Positions 61,765 through 64,000 of a stretch of DNA of 64,000 nt are shown here, piece by piece; the first letter of the stretch is position 1; every line of letters starts with the position of its first letter. Made by a program: the position numbers and the translations under genes. Under the pieces are notes generated by a model, which saw only the letters and a list, made by a program, of their open reading frames with translations, ran no database searches and was not told where the DNA came from. The DNA comes from Candidatus Hydrogenedentota bacterium (lineage in GTDB: Bacteria > Hydrogenedentota > Hydrogenedentia > Hydrogenedentales > SLHB01): assembly GCA_963745075.1 (NCBI GenBank), contig CAVUWV010000024.1, forward strand, positions 448,443 through 512,442, given 5' to 3'.

Positions 61765-64000
61765 ATGTGGAGAACTATTGGCCTGAGCTTGGGGGCGCTG
61801 ATTTGCGTGTCGGTCGCCGCGACCGCGCAGAATCCGGACGCCCTGACCTGGAGCACCTTTCTGGGTGGATCGCTCCAGGAAAGCAACAACGGGATCTACG
61901 TGGATTCGTCGGGATACGTGTGGGTGTTCGGCTCGACGTTTTCGACGGATTTCCGACAACGTCCGGTGCGTATCAAACGGCCAACAACGGCAGTCTTGGC
62001 GGATTCTCGGACATCAACTTCGGGGGCGACGGTTATGTGACGAAGCTGGACCCCGCCATGGGCAATGTCTTGTTCTCGACGTTCATCGGTGGTTCCGATG
62101 ACGAGAAGATCGACCAGATCGTCGTCGAAGCCGCGTTACCGGGAAAGATTACCGTCGCGGGTGCGCACCGTCTCCATGGATTTTCTGACCACCCCCGGTG
62201 CATTTGACGAAACGCCCAACGGTGCGCGCAGTGACTTTTTCTTGCGTCTCAACGCGGCGGGGGTCGGGCGCTCGATTTCTCGTCGTACTTTGGCGGGAGC
62301 GGTGATGACCAATTCTGGGAAGAGTCTGGACAGTGCCATCGTCACGTTCTCCCGGCAACATTTATTTTGCCGGTCACAGCACTTCGACCGACCTTCCGAC
62401 GACGGTCGGAGCCATGCAGCCTACGAACGGGGGCGGGGCGTGACGCATTTATTGCAAAGATGTCCTCGGATGGGGCCACGAGCCAGTACGTGACCTATTT
62501 CGGCGAAGCGGTTTCGAACAGGCACTCGGCTTGGAATTGTTGGCGACGGGGAAGTTCTTGTTACTGGCCGCACCAGCAGCAGCGATCTCCCCACCACGGC
62601 CGGCGTCGTAGGCCCGGGGTACGGGGGTGTGAGCGACGCCTTCGTGCTCTCGGTTGAATGCGACCGGGACAGCGGCCACGTTTTCGACCTATCTCGGTGG
62701 CAGTAATTACGAGCGTGCTTGGGATGTGCGAGTGGGCAGCACCGGCGATATCTTCGTTGTTGGGGATACCCTGAGTTCCCGACTTCCCCACGACCGCGGA
62801 GCCTGATAGCCAGACGTTCAGGGTGGGACACAGGCCGACATATTCGTTACGAAGTTGAATGCGGCGGGTACCGCAATCGTCGCGTCCACGTACATCGGCG
62901 GTGGCAATCGTGAAATCCCCGTGTCCGCCGTCATCGACAGTAACGACGCCATCTGGATCGGCGGCGAGACCCGCTCGGCGGATTTTCCGACGACGCGCGG
63001 CGCCTACGACCGTACCTTCAACGGCGGTGATAACGATACGACGATTACCGGGATTGACGCGACGTTGTCGACGCTTATCTATTCGACGTTTCTCGGAGGA
63101 TTTGTACGGGATTGGTCCAGCCATGTCGAGGTGGACGGTCCGATTGTCTACAACGCGGCCGGGACGGCATGGTCCTCGAATTTCCCAACCACGGCGGGCG
63201 CATACGACACGACCTTTGACGGAAACGGTGTCACCACGGGCGAAAGTTTCGTGACGCGGATTGACACGTCTACCGCCACGCTGGACACCGATGGCGACGG
63301 CATGCCGGACTGTGGGAGAAGTTGTACGGTCTGGGGTACACGACCAGCAACGCGGGCGTGGACGAAGAGCCGGACGGGCTGACCAACCTCCAGGAGTTCG
63401 TCAACGACACGAACCCCGTGATTGCCGACCCCGATGGCGACGGACTTACCGATGGTGAGGAAATCAATACCTACTTGACCAATCCGAAGCAGAAGGATTC
63501 CGACCTGGACGGGCTTACCGACGGGCAGGAAGTGATGGACCTCGACCCGGTTGCCGGCGGCGTTCAGAATCCCTTCGATCCGAACAACGCGGATACGACC
63601 GGGGACAGCGGCTCGAACAGTCCCGACACCATTGGAGACGGAACAACGACTACGACGGCGACTCGATCTCGAACCGCGTCGAGTTCCGGGATGGCACGAG
63701 CCCGATTGACGCTGCCAGTTATAAGCTGCATCCGCCGAAAACCATCCAGTTGACGAACATCACGAAGATCGTATCCTCACCGGCGAACACGCATCCCTGG
63801 GAATTAGAGTGGGCGCACAGCGGTACCGAGTTGGCTTACATGGACGCCAACTCGGGCCTGTTTTATCGCGTTCCGTCGGACGGGTCGACCGCCCCGGTTG
63901 CGGAAGGTTCGATCGGGACCGGCCGGGGTTTTGCCTGGGGATACGGTGATATCACGTGGTGGTATCCCGATCCTGCGACCGGCGACCGCCTGTTGGATAA
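61765..64000 (+). CDS. SBBP-repeat surface protein with DxDGDG Ca-binding repeats (many frameshifts; runs off the window)
   Basis: Signal peptide after RBS GGAGG. STFLGG, T.S.DFPTT.GAYD, DTDGDGMPD and DSDLDGLTDG motifs. Confidence 0.8.

Overview
GC-rich bacterial chromosomal window. The gene style suggests a PVC- or Ca. Hydrogenedentes-like organism, but that is inference only. Many genes carry apparent single-base frameshifts, probably uncorrected long-read errors. Core content: sulfite reductase plus APS reductase, carbohydrate-active enzymes (GH106-like, a CE15/beta-propeller fusion, GH127-like, a Tat beta-helix protein), a JAB-DinG helicase, an HTH-REC regulator with a hybrid kinase, an ABC exporter pair, an aminosugar/ArnT-like surface-modification operon, a hicBA module and SBBP surface proteins. 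Two accessory regions stand out. (1) At 0.3-7.6 kb an HGGxSTG protein and an orphan phage terminase large subunit, both containing palindromic-repeat inserts, diverge around a ~4 kb mosaic of repeat families and an FRG gene; an M15 peptidase and a goose-type lysozyme lie nearby. (2) At 28.9-31.8 kb a RAYT-type HUH transposase is cut by an element bounded by a 27-bp inverted repeat that carries a duplicated gene fragment. A 30-bp upstream motif links the two regions. One intact ISAs1 with a target-site duplication is present. I found no CRISPR array, rRNA, tRNA or reverse transcriptase.
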